Assembly (NCBI RefSeq): GCF_009914755.1
Contig: NC_060934.1
Length of the DNA stretch: 64,000 nt
Direction: 5' to 3' (one strand)
DNA from: the human T2T-CHM13v2.0 reference genome, Homo sapiens
Below, in pieces: positions 25,495-53,079 of the stretch (positions within the stretch are counted from its first letter, which is position 1; each line of letters begins with the position of its first letter). The translations under genes were made by a program, and so were the position numbers. The notes under the pieces were generated by a model that searched no databases, had not been told where the DNA came from, and saw only the letters and a list, made by a program, of their open reading frames with translations.

Positions 25495-26399
25495 AAGAGT
25501 GGAAAACTCTTCCATATCATATTTTATTTTATTTATTTATTTGAGACATAGTCTTGCTCTGTCACCCAGGGTGGAATGCAATGGCGCATCTGGGCTCACT
25601 GCAACCTCCGCCTCAACCTCCTGAGTAGCTGGGACTACAGGCGCCCGCCACCACACCCGGCTAATTATTGTATTTTTAGTAGAGACGGGCTTTCATCATG
25701 TTCGCCAGGCTGGTCTCGAACTCCTGATCTCAGGTGATCCGCTCCCCTCGGCTTCCCAAAGTGCTGGGATTACAGGCGTAAGCCACCATGCCCGGCCCCG
25801 TATGATATTTTAAATAACACACTCAACCACGCTCATCTGGGCTCAGGAAGAAGCCGAGTCACAAAGTTATTAGTTTCCCAAGATTCTTGGAATCTCTTAT
25901 TCGGTACAAATGGAACCAAAAGACGCCAAACCGAAGTATTTTACTGAGTTACACTGAGGCAACGTAAATAAACTCAATCTATTGAATTACACCAAAAACA
26001 AAATTGTAATCAATTAAGACAACTTAGGTCTCAAGGCTAAGGCAACACCACCTCGAAATTCTCTCCTGAAAACGCTAAATCTCGGTGTGGCTGTTTAGGA
26101 AAGAACATCCTGTGGAAATAAAGTCATGATGTCCTGGACTACAGATCCCTCTCCCATCTGCTCCTTAGCTGTTCTACTAGGAAGAAGAAAATCTATTGCG
26201 TAGAGTTGTCATTATCGGCTAAACTCAGTGCTAGCTTTAAATGGATTGTCTTATTCAATCTTGACACTAGGAAATAGGCATCCTCACGTCCCTTTGCAGA
26301 TGAAGAAACTGAAGTCGAGAGGTTTAAAAACTGGCCCAAGGACTCAACACTGTTTCTAATTGACACTCAAATCCTTGCTCGGACCTGAACGCACAAAGT

Positions 26400-27080
26400 G
26401 CCTCGGAGAAGATGTGAAGCGCTGTGTGCAACAGTGAGGAATTCGCTAACCAGCCCTGGACTTCCGTTTCCTCGCCATCAAGAGGTGTCTCGGCGCCAAA
26501 GCGATCAGCGCTGCCACCCCCAGCTGGACGTCTGCAGCCAGCGCAGCGGGAGGAGCCCCCTCGGGCACCGGCAGGACCGAGCGGGGGGTTTGGCTGGAGT
26601 CCAGCGCCCAGGCCCGACCCCCGCGCCTCAGCCCCCGCAGGCGCGACGATGAGAAACGCCGTGGGAGAAAGAAACAAAGCCCGAACCGTGCGCCTCCGTG
26701 ACCCAAGGCAAAGGCGGCAGGACTACCAGCCCAAGGCCGCGTTTCCCAGGAAACTGGACCAAACTCAGCTCACCTCCGGCCGGATTCGCGGGCTGGCACC
26801 TCCCCTTCACTCTGTGCCTCAGTCGCCATCTTCGTCAGCAAACTTCTTTCACCGCCCCACCTTACGTCCCGCCCCCACATATTTGGATTGGCTAATATGT
26901 TTTCACCTCTTCCGTGCGATTGGATGACTCGACCGCCCCTCCTCAACCTGAACCGTTTAATATATTATTGGTCTATTCAAATGACTAACCGTCATTGGTC
27001 GTTCCCAGCCCTGGCGGAAAAAGAGGGAGGGGCGGGGAAGAAGACCCAGCCCCGAGGCCTGCCGGGAGTTGTAGTTTCTC
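26400..27080 (-). promoter_or_regulatory. ARHGAP19: ARHGAP19 CpG-island promoter / first exon region
   Basis: CpG-dense. Four CCAAT boxes (ATTGG at 26887, 26919, 26967, 26994), CHR-like TTTGAA (minus, 26976-26981), several GC boxes, ACTACAACTCCC motif (minus, ~27064-27075), YY1-like AAGATGGCG over the ATG. Confidence 0.88.
26774..26829 (-). CDS. ARHGAP19: ARHGAP19 coding exon 1 (MATEAQSEGEVPARESGR + 2 nt)
   Basis: Minus strand reads AAG ATG GCG ACT GAG GCA CAG...GGC CGG AG|gtgagc. ATG at 26829-26827 in strong context, GT donor at 26773-26772, inside a CpG island. Joins exon 2 in frame (AG|T = Ser). Confidence 0.95.
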
Positions 27081-27230
27081 ATTTTGATGAACCCTTCCGA
27101 TTCCACAGACCTTTAGGTTCAAGTCAGAAATCACCAGCCTATGCTCAAATTTTGTCCTGATATGTAAATCAGGGAATTATAGAACTGTCAACTTTGAAAG
27201 TGACTCATCACTTTCTAAAATGCAAGACTC

Positions 27231-27506
27231 CGTACCCTATATCTCAGCATCACACAATATACCCAGATAACAAACCAACTCATGTACCCCCTAAATTTAA
27301 AATAAAAGTTGAAAATAAATAATTTTTTTTTACAATTTTTTTAATTTTTTTTTTCTGTTGAGACAGGGTTTCACCATGTTGCCCAGGCTGGTCTCGAACC
27401 CCTGAGCTCAAGCAATCCTCCTATGTCAGCCTCCCAAAGTGCTGGGATTACAGGCATGAGGCACTGCACCCAGCCATAAATTAATTCATTTAATTTAATG
27501 TAATTT
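27231..27506 (+). mobile_element. Very short L1 3'-end insertion with a later Alu monomer (minus) in its tail
   Basis: CACAATATACCC...CATGTACCCCCTAAATTTAAAATAAAAGTTG L1 terminus. 12-bp TSD AATGCAAGACTC at 27219-27230 and 27507-27518. Confidence 0.7.
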
Positions 27507-28635
27507 AATGCAAGACTCGTTCTCTGTCTTGACCCAGAGATAAATCCCTCAAGTGCAGGCAGGGAGTGGCAACCTAGAAGTACTTGCTTTTAAACGTATA
27601 GTTCAAAGCCTTCTTTCTTCAGATACTCAGCATAGCCCTAGCCATAGGTCATTTCTTTCTTCCTTTATTTCTTTCTTTTTTTTTTTTTTTTTGAGATAAG
27701 GTCTCCCTCTGTCTCCCATGCTGGAGCACAGTACAATATTGCAGCATACCAACACACAGGGAAAATTTTTGTACTTTTTGTAGAGATGGGGTTTCACCCT
27801 GTTGGCCAGGCTGGAGTCGGTCATTTCTGCTTCAATACATTCACTCCCTTCCAACTTCCCAGAGAACCCACAGAGTTTGCCTTGTGATATGAACCATGGA
27901 ACCAAAAGCTGCATGACTTTGTCCCAAACTAAACTTTAATCCTCAATGGTAGGAATAACCATAATTATCCTTGTCCTCCCTGCGGCACACACTTCTCCTA
28001 GGGATTAACTGAGGCAACATATGTGAGAACATTGTAAATTTTGAGCATTGTTGTTTTTTGTTTTTCCATATTGTTTTCCTATGCTGGACTTTTCTCGGGA
28101 ATTTCTGTATTGATCCTTCTGATATCCTGCCACCTGGGGCTCTCCCTGCACTCTGCCTCCTTTTTACTAAACTGTACTGCACATGCTTCACTTTCTGAAC
28201 TGTCTTAGGGCTTTTGCACATGTTGCTTTTTCTGGCTCGTCCATTTTTCCACTTTTTTGGCTTTCAGGTCGAAGCTTAAATGTCACTGGCTCAAAGATCT
28301 TCCATGACCCCCATTGTATAAATCAATTCCCTCAGTAAACTTTCACAAAGAACTCTGTACTATTCTTTCACAGTTCATATCACAACTCACAATTACATAG
28401 TCATTTGTGTGACTATTTATTTCATGTGAGGGTTCCCAGCTAGGCTTCCTGCCACAAGTGGGCAGAGACTATATTTATTTTGCTCCCCACAGTTTCTAGC
28501 ACATAATGGCTGTCCAATAAATATTTTTGAAAAATATAAGCAAGTCCTCAAACTATTATATCCAAATAAAAAATCAAATCATATACTCTAATAGATTTTT
28601 TTCAATTGATGAATTAATACTAAAAGTTTGATAAG

Positions 28636-31470
<2,835 letters not shown>

Positions 31471-31494
31471 GAATGCTAAAAGAACGCTAAACTT

Positions 31495-31994
31495 GCTGGG
31501 CATGCACCTGTAGTCCCAGCTACTGCTGAGGCGGGAGGATTGCTTGAGCCCAGGAGTTCTGTATTACAATGCACTATGCCTATGGGGTGTCTGCACTAAG
31601 TGTGGCATCAATGTGGTGACCTCCCAGGAGTGGGGGCCACCAGGTTGACTAAGGAGGGGTGATACAGCCTAGGTTGGAAGCAGAGTATATCAAAAACCCC
31701 ATGCTGGCTGGGCACAGTAGCTCACGAGACCAGCCTGACCAACATGGCGAAACCCCGTCTCTACTAAAAATACAAAAAATTAGCCTCCATCGGGAGGCTG
31801 AGGCAGGAGAACCGCTTGAACCTGGGAGGCGGAGGTTGCAGTGAGCTGAGATTGCGACACTGCACTCCAGCCTGGCCGACACAGTGAGACTCTGTCTCAA
31901 AACAAACAAAAACCGTATGCTGATCAGTAGCACAATTGTGCCTGTGGATAGCCACTGCACTCCAGCCTGGGCAACATAGTAAGACCCTGTCTCT
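31495..31994 (+). pseudogene. 7SL (RN7SL) RNA pseudogene interrupted by an Alu (31706-31907)
   Basis: Contains 7SL S-domain sequence absent from Alus (GCACTAAGTGTGGCATCAATGTGGTGACCTCCCAGGAG...AAGGAGGGGTGA and GCTGATCAGTAG). A-rich tail and flanking TSD. Confidence 0.9.
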
Positions 31995-32908
31995 AAAATA
32001 AATAAAGAAATAAAAGAATGCTAGACTCCCTTCTCTCCCTTCTCGGATAACACATCTATCTCCATGGCTGTGTGATAAGGACTACACATTACATCACGGT
32101 TACAGTTTAATCAGTTACTCTGGAGAGAGAAGTGTTTCTCCTCAAAACCAACTGTTCTGCTGTGACTTCTGATTAAAAGCAAATATCATTGCTGAGTGCT
32201 GTAAAAACACAAACTCAGCTGACAAGCCCACACACCTTTATTTCTGCAGGGGTATCATGACTTCCCTGAAGTCATCCTTACTCTATCTAGGTACAGAGTG
32301 TCAGCCTGGTGATAAGTGTGTACAGCAGGAATTCAAGACAGTTCAGAAAGTTATCTTGTTTTCAACAGTCTAGTTGAACAAAAGGTCACAGAAAGGTGGC
32401 CCCAGCCCTCAAATAGTTTACAGTAGACTCAGGGAGACAAAATGAACACATATAAGTCACACACCACAGAAGATAGTTTAGAATTACGGGGGCTGGGTGG
32501 GGGCTAAATATCAAAGTAGGGAACAGACTCTAGGAATTCAGAAGTGTGGAGAAGGGAAGAGGCCAAGACTGTCAGGAGGGTTTAGGAGCAAGCCCTAGGA
32601 CTTGAGTCGGCCATGGATGTCACTACAAATCCATCTACCTACCCCACAAGACTGCGAGCTTTGGGGGCAGAAGTGGTGTTCTAATCATCTTTGTTTTTCC
32701 AGGCCCTAGCCTCCATGGCAGGGAAAAAGGGAGGGAGGAAAGCTGGGAAGGAAGTCAACAAAGGAACATGTTGGAAAAGGAAGAAAATGAAGATGTGCTC
32801 CCGACCCCACCTCTAACTTCACCCTTCAACAGTGCAGATGACTCGCAGACCTTGATGCATCTTTGTGTTTTATACTTTTGTTCTAGCTCTGCCCTCTGTT
32901 TAAATTAA

Positions 32909-36160
<3,252 letters not shown>

Positions 36161-36786
36161 AAACTTAATGCCTCAGTCTTCTTCGGACACACCAAAGACT
36201 CTAGCATCTACATCATTCCATATGCAGAAAAAAAGAAAACCGTCTTCAGCTTTGCTGTGGAATGCTCTTCAAGACTGACCACGGGACCAGAGAGTGGGAA
36301 AGGGGACTCAGTGAGGTGAGGGAAGAAGAACCAACTCTGTGCTGCTAAAAACATTCAGTGCTGGAACTCCAGGATAAAAACTCTGGAGGTCACTTTCCCC
36401 AGCCAGGAGAACTACAAGCTGGGAAAGGTCACTGGTAGGAAGCTAGCAGAGAGGGCTGAAAGCACAAGCAGTCACAGAGCATTGTGATGGGGACTCGGCC
36501 ACCTCAGGCACTGAGCTCAGTGTTGGGGCTATGGAGAAGGAGTCGTGGATCCTACGCTCAGGAGGCTTGCAGACTGGGGCCCGAGGGCAAGGGTGCTATG
36601 CCATCTGGGCCACAACAGAGCAAAGGACTGAACTTTCCAAAAGCAAGAAGATACTCCCAGAAGACAGGCCTGGCATGGGGACCAGGTCTGAGGGCCTGGG
36701 TGACGTGGGTGGCATGGGTGACCCTGAGCCTGACAGGGTGAGCGCGAAAGCCTGCAAACACACCAAACATTTGAAATCTCTCTGGC

Positions 36787-38431
<1,645 letters not shown>

Positions 38432-38539
38432 CCCTAACCCAGGCCTCAGGTCAGAAGGCCACAGGGGCTGGTGGGAAGTTTCAAAGCAGTAACACATTTG
38501 TGATAGTCAAGAGCAAGCCAGTACATTGTGAGCCCACTA

Positions 38540-41562
<3,023 letters not shown>

Positions 41563-42753
41563 TTATTTAGATCTTATGGAAAAAACACATCCTGCCTATA
41601 TTGGACATAGGATTTTGTTCTGATGCATGCAGCATCTCTGTAGAGGTTCTCTGCTCCTTTATGCTCCTTTATCCTCAGTCCATGTGTTTTAAGTGGCATT
41701 GATCCCATTTCTGGCTACAGGAGTGGGCAAGCGACACAGGCCTGGCAAATCAGAGGAACCTAACCTCTAGATTCATGGATCTGACAGTCTAGACCAGCCC
41801 AACTCACTATAGAAAGGAGGTATGTGGTAAGGGCTCACTTGGAGGAACCAAAGAGAGTGGGAAGAAGGAGAGTGGGAGGAACCACTGACTCTTGGTGAGA
41901 GCAGAGATAGCTGCATGAGGAGGTTTGTAGCTGGACTAAGATTTAGATGGGTGGAATTCAGGGAGTGCATTCTCTACACAAAGAGCAGGAACAAACATGG
42001 GGTGATAGGAACATGTAAGATGTTTTTGAAAGCTGGCAAGGGCCCAGTTGACACGAACAAAAGGTTTATGTGGAGGTGGAGGACAAGATAAAGTTGGAGG
42101 AGTGGACCAGGGCAAGCCCCCCTGAGAGTTCTGGACACTGTGTTAAGGAGTGGAAGAGTTTACTCCAGAGGCCATGTGGACCTGTTCAGAGGGGAGGCCG
42201 TGGGTAACCTGAGCAGGGTTGGGCATTAGGAAGTTGATCTGTCAGAAGAGTGGATTAAAGGGAAAGAGGCTGGGGCTCTGACCCAAGATGCATGAACCTG
42301 GCCAAAAAAACATTAAGGGCATCGGGCAGTAGGACCGAAATAGAACCACCAGCTGAGGCACTGAAGAAAGAATCAGTGTGCCTTGAGGAACATAATAAGG
42401 CAGAGCTAAAAGACCAGACTCCAGAGGCTGGGTTATGGCATCTGGGTAGTGGTTTGAGAAGGGCAGGCTTTGGCATCTATCAAAACTGAGTTTGAATCCT
42501 GGGCCTGGCACTAGAAATATGTGTAATTCTGGGCAAGTTTACTTATTTCTGGGCCTTGGTTTTCTTATCCATGAAAAGGAATAATAATACCAAATTCAGA
42601 GGTTTTTGGAAGACTAACTGAAATAATATCCTTAAAGCAATTTTCAGGGTACCAGGAATAAAATAAATATCCAATGTAGCTAGTGGGTACAAAGTTTCTT
42701 CTAGGAGTGATGCAAATGTTCTAAAATTAGATTATGGTTACACAACTCTGTAA

Positions 42754-43251
<498 letters not shown>

Positions 43252-43279
43252 TGAGTCACCACGCCCAGCCAAAAAAAGT

Positions 43280-44246
43280 TTGTTTTTTTTTTTGTTCAAA
43301 TGATCCTTTATTGAAATATTTTGTTTTGTGCTTCTTCACTAGCTGGGCATATTCCACAACACCACTGTTGATGTCATCTGTGATGTCATGAGGGTGGCGA
43401 CCATCAACATTATGGCCCACAGATTAGGGAGTCCCCAGGATTTTTTTTTTTTTTTTTTTTTTTGAGACGGAGTCTTGCTCTGTCACCCAGGCTGGAGTGC
43501 AGTGGTGCGATCTGGGCTCACTGCAAGCTCCGCCTCCCCAGGTTCACGCCATTCTCCTGCCTCAGCCTCCCTTCAGCCTCCCCAGCAGCTGGGACTACAG
43601 GTGCAAGCCGCTACACCCGGCTAATTTTTTTGTATTTTTAGTAGAGATGGGGTTTCACCATGTTAGCCAGGATGGTCTCAATCTCCTGACCTCGTGATCC
43701 GCCCGCCTCGGCCTCCCAAAGTGCTGGGATTACAGGCGTGAGTCACCGTGCCCGTCCCCCAGGATTTCTTCAATGGTTCCAGAGAGTTCTCTGGCTAAAG
43801 ATTGGTGACGCCTCTGTCAAACAATGTTGATGATCTCATCAAAAGTGATATTCCCACTGTGTTTAATGTGTTTCTGTTTCTTCTGTCTCTTGGTGGTTCC
43901 TTGAGAACTTTGATGATCAGGGCAGAGGCAGAAGGCACCACCTCAATCTGGGCCCGTCTGTTCTGAATGTTCAGTTTCACTGTAATCCCCAGGCCTTTCC
44001 AGTCACCTGTTGCCTTGGCAATGGCATCACCAACCTTTTTTAGAGACAGAACCAGGGGGCTGATCTTGGGGGCCAGTGAAGAAGTGGCACCAACTTCATC
44101 CCCGGTGCACCTCAGGTATACGACTTTAATCTTGTTGGGGTCGAACTTCGGCGGCATGGTGGAGGCGGCTGGTATTGGATGAACCTGGATTCAGGACGAC
44201 CAAAGAAAGTTGCACCTTGGCCTCTTCTGAGCCAAAAGCTGAAAGC
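43280..44246 (-). pseudogene. RPL12 processed pseudogene (possibly RPL12P27; number from recall only), interrupted by an AluY-like element 43441-43757
   Basis: ATG at 44157, [19 protein letters not shown]...KEPPRDR. 1-nt frameshift near 43881 and in-frame TAA 43426-43424. C-terminal [14 protein letters not shown] at 43350-43430; AATAAA (43312-43307); poly(A); 5' UTR retained. Confidence 0.93.
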
Positions 44247-44823
44247 AAAAAATGTGTTTTTAAAAACAAACAAACAGGGCCAGGCACGGTGGCTCACGCC
44301 TGTAATCCCAGCACTTTGGGAGGCCAAGGCAGGCAGATCACCTGAGGTCAAGTGTTGAAGACCAGCCTGGCCAATATGATGAAACCTCATCTCTACTAAA
44401 AATACAAAAAGTTAGCTGGGTGTGGTGGTGCACCTGTGGGAGAATGGCTGGAACCTGGGAGGCGGAGGTTGCAGTGAGCCGAGATCGGGCCACTGAACTC
44501 CAGCCTGGGCAATGAGAGCAAAAACTCCATCTCAAAAAAAAAAGATCCAGAGGTAGGCAGTCCAGGACCATGTCTGGGGCCTTCAAAAGATCCAGGCAAC
44601 AAAATAAAAGAAAAAGAGACAGGCTTGCCCCCTTCCTCACAGGGTTACTTTCCAAAGGTATCACATAATATGGCCCATTTGGCCAGGCGCGGTGGCTCAC
44701 GCTTGTAATCCCAGCACTTTGGGAGGCCGAGGCAGGCAGATAATCTGAAGTCAGGAGTTAGAGACCAGCCTGACCAATATGGAGAAACCCCGTCTCTATT
44801 AAAAATACAAAATTAGCCGGTCA

Positions 44824-44961
<138 letters not shown>

Positions 44962-46253
44962 TCAAAATATATATATATATATTTATATACATACATAGCC
45001 CACTTATATTTCATTGACCAGAACTTAATCACATGGCCCCATTTGGCTGCAAGAGAAGATGACAAATGACCCCTTGTCTTCCCATCTCTTTGTTCTTTTG
45101 CAGGGGATAGAGATGGGTTCTTATGGTTCTGGTACAGCTACAATTTGGGGTTTATTAAAGAGGAGAGTGGTTATTGGGAGGCAAACAGCAGCCTCTGCTA
45201 TAGCTACTACTTGTGTAAAATGGAGGCAGACTATAAATAAATAAACTATCTTTGAAAAGACACACAACACATGTAGTATAGTTTGCCTTTTGACTTTTGA
45301 ACTATGTGGCTGTAGTGTCTACTCAAATAAGTAAAACTAGAATTAAAAAAAAATACTGCAGGCTAGCAACATGGTGAGACTTTGTCTCTACAAAAAATAC
45401 AAAAATTATCCAGGCATGGTGGTGAGTGCCTATAGTCCCAGCTACTGGTGGGAGGATCACTGGAGCCTGGGAGGTTGAGGCTGCAGTGAGCCATGACTTA
45501 GCCACTGCATTCCAGCCTGGGTGACAGAGTGAGACTGGTCTTAAAAAAAAAATACTGAATGATGATACCCAACCATGTGTCTCCTGACTTACAGCTCTGT
45601 CGATACCACAGCTGTCCCAGGCATCCATATGGACACCATGCTTCTGCGGATCTAAGACTGCCTCCTCTGCAGTGAGCCAAGATTGCGCCACTGCACTCTA
45701 GCCTGGGTGACAGAGCAAGACTCCGCCTCAAAAAAAAAAGAAGAAAAAAAGACTGCCTCCTCCAGACACCTACAAGCAATCATGCGGCAAGTTTGAGCAT
45801 CTACTTTTCCATTCCCATTGTCACCCAGGTAGCAAGGATGGCACAGTCCCAGAAATGGGAGAACTTACTGCTTCAGCCTACATGGAGTCATCATCATGGT
45901 CCCTGAGACTTGGTCCTAACATGGCCGTCTTTTACCTATGATCAACATACCATGAGGGGGCCGGGCACGGTGGTTCATACCTATTATCCCAGCACTGTGG
46001 GAGGATGGGCTGAGCAGAACACTTGAGCCCAGGACTTCAAGACCAGACCGGACAACATGACGAAACCCTGTCTCTACAAAAAAAATCACAAAAATTAGCC
46101 AGGTGTGGTGGTGCACACCTGTGGTTACAGCTACTTGGGAGGCTAAGGTGGGAGGATTGTTTGAGCACAGGTGGTGGAGGCTACAGTGAGCCATGATTGT
46201 GCCATTGCACACCAGCCTAAGCAACAGAGTGAGACCCTGTCTCAAAAAAATGT

Positions 46254-46266
46254 ATATATATATATG

Positions 46267-46303
<37 letters not shown>
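46254..46303. repeat. (TA)n-(CA)n microsatellite after an Alu tail
   Basis: Seen directly. Confidence 0.9.
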
Positions 46304-46305
<2 letters not shown>

Positions 46306-46607
46306 CCCATGAGAGATTTATTGACCCCTTGTCTTCCCATCTCCTCGTTCTTTTGCAGGGGATAGAGATGGGGTCTTGCTGTGTTGGCTGGTCTCCAACT
46401 CTTGGGCTCAAGTGATACCCCGGCCTCAGCCTCCCAAAGTGTTGGGATTACAGGCATGAGCCCCGCGCTTGGCCTATTCACACTTGATTCCTGTTCTAAT
46501 GGTAGATCTTGCTGGGTCTGTCATGACCCAACATCCATCACAGAGGTTCTCAATCACTGAGCTGCCAGCCTGAGCTGTAACCATAAAAAAATAATCTCAT
46601 GCTTCTC

Positions 46608-46844
46608 TGTCCTTGGTGTTTCTTGGTTTGTGGCAACATGCTTGACATGGTGTTCTCCTCATGTGTCTGTGTCCAAATTTCCTTCTTTTTGTAAGGATAC
46701 CAGTCCCCTCATTAGGTCCCACCCTAATCCAGTATGTCCTCATTTTAGTTTGATTACATCTGCACAGACGCTATTTCCAAATAAGGTTATACTCACAGGT
46801 TCTGGGTAGATAGAAATTTAGGGGAAGCTACTCAACCCGGTACA
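46608..46844 (-). mobile_element. MLT1-type LTR fragment
   Basis: CCCACCCTAATCCAGTATG...GATTACATCTGCA...CTATTTCCAAATAAGGT, typical of MLT1A/B. Confidence 0.7.
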
Positions 46845-46963
46845 CTATTCCAGCCTCCAACCTGAGGGGTGCATCCCTCTGAACTATCTCCCTAACCTAG
46901 AGACCTTTCTCCTTTTATAAATGACAAAATATCCTCAGGCAATGCTGTGTTAAAAATACTTTA

Positions 46964-47140
<177 letters not shown>

Positions 47141-47775
47141 TCAGGAGGCTGAGGCAGGAGAATCGCTTGGAGTCCGGAGGCGGAGGCTGCAGTGAGCCGA
47201 GATTGCACCAGATAGCAAAACATTCTACACTGCTCCATCAGTGTTAGCTCTGAAGCCATCTAGTCATTTTAACTACTGGCTTCCAGACCCAACTGTTCTA
47301 ACTCCCACCCCCACTCCCCACTGTCTAACCAGTGGTTTATCTTTCCTGCCCAGTCAGCAGCTTCAGGACATTTTTAACTTTTGCCTTCCATGGCTTCCTC
47401 AGCTGCTAATCTACTGAGATACGTTTATTTTATTTTATTTTTTGAGGTGGAGTGTCACTCTGTCACCCAGGCTAGAGTGCTGTGGCACAGTCTCGGCTCA
47501 CTGCAACCTCTAACTCCTGGTTTCAAGTGATTCTCCTGCCTCAGCCTCCCAAGTAGCTGGGAATACAGTGGCCTGCCACCACACCCAGCTAATGTTTTTT
47601 TCTTTTTTTTTTTTTTTAGTAGAGATGGGATTTCACCATGTTGGCCAGGCTGGTCTCGAACTCCTGACCTCAGGTGATCCGCCCACCTCAGCCTCCCAAA
47701 CTGCTGTGATTACAGATGTAAGCCACTGCACCTGGCCTACTGAGAGGTGTTTAATATCTCATCCTCATCTCTTAG

Positions 47776-48301
<526 letters not shown>

Positions 48302-48734
48302 TGAACCACCAAGCCCGGACCCCCTTTTCTTTTTTTAGACAGTCTCACTCTGTCGCCAGGCTGGAGTGCAGTGGCGTGATCTCAGCTCACTGCAACCTCC
48401 GCCTTCCTCCCAGGTTCAAGCGATTCTCCTGCCTCAGCCTCCAGAGTAGCTAGGACTACAGGTGTGCGCCACCACACCCAGTTAATTTTTGTATTTTTAG
48501 TAGAGATGGGATTTCACCATGTTAGCCAGGATGGTCTCGATCTCTTGACCTCATGATCCACCCACCTTGGCCTACCAAAGTGCTGGGATTACAGGCCTGA
48601 GCCACTGCACCCAGCCAATTTCCCCTTTTCTATGGCTTATTGTTTCTAACACTTTATTGTAAAATTTTTCAAACAGCCAACAAAATTGAAAGAATACCCT
48701 GTTACCCAACACCTAGATCCTAGTATTTTAAAAA

Positions 48735-50520
<1,786 letters not shown>

Positions 50521-50775
50521 TATGAGGCTTATAAGTTGTGAGCCAAAGATAAAAATGCACAAATTGTAAACTGCTACTAATTATTTTCATTTGAAAATTT
50601 TAAGTAGGCCGGGTCTGGTGGCTCATGCCTGTAAATCCCAGCACTTTGGGAGGTCGAGGCAGGCGGATCACCTGAAGTCAGGAGTTCAAGACCAGCCTGG
50701 CCAACATGGTGAAACCCCATCTCTACTAAAAATACAAAAATTAGCCGGGCATGGTGGTGCATGCCTGCAGTGTCA

Positions 50776-51460
<685 letters not shown>

Positions 51461-52230
51461 AAGGTGATGAACCTTATGACACCCTGTAGAAATCCAGATT
51501 TCGTAGATTAGAAATCCAATGGCTTTGTTTAAACTGTCTCTTCCTCTGTTTTTACATTTTTTCCTCCACACTTGACAAAAACAAACCCAACTCTTTTTAA
51601 ACCAACTTCCCTACCTCTTTCCTGCACTCATCCCTTCCTAAAGGTTTGCTCCTATAATTATTATCGTTGGAACTGCCCAACAAGACCCTCGTTTTCTATT
51701 TATCTGGATCTCCAGGCTCATTTCTTTCTTTGTATCCTATTTTCTATATCATGCTCAGAATTTTAAAGTTGCTTCCAGGCTGGGCGCGGTGGCTCATGTC
51801 TGTAACGCCAGCATTTCGGGAGGAGGGATTGCTTGAGTCCAGGAGTTTGAGACCGGACGGGCCAACATGGCGAAACCCTGTATCCACTAAAAATACAAAA
51901 ATTAGCCAGGTGTAGTGGCGCGTGCCTATTGTCCCAGCTACTCGGGAGGCTGAGGTGGGAGGATCACCTGATCCTGGGAAGTCAAGGCTGCAATCAGCCA
52001 GATCACACCACTGCACTCCAGCCTGGGTGACAGAGTGAAATTCTGTCAAAGAAAGAAAAGAAAGAGAAAGAAAAGGAAGAAAGGAAGGAAGGAAGCGTAT
52101 CTCCATTTTCATCCAAACAGCTATTTTTCTCTGCTACTACGTACCTCCTCAGAGCCCATCCCCCCTACTGGTCTGAGGCTTTTTTTTAAACAACTTTCTG
52201 GACATAGCCCCTCTTAAGACTAACAACCTA

Positions 52231-53018
<788 letters not shown>

Positions 53019-53079
53019 TCAGCTTCATTTCCCTAATCTCCGTACAAATCCCTAGCCTGACTCCCTTTCCTTTCCATCC

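Noticed and set aside
26324-27160. Several overlapping ORFs at the ARHGAP19 promoter
   Set aside because: Stop-poor CpG-island sequence; only the 56-nt exon 1 CDS is supported by splice phase.
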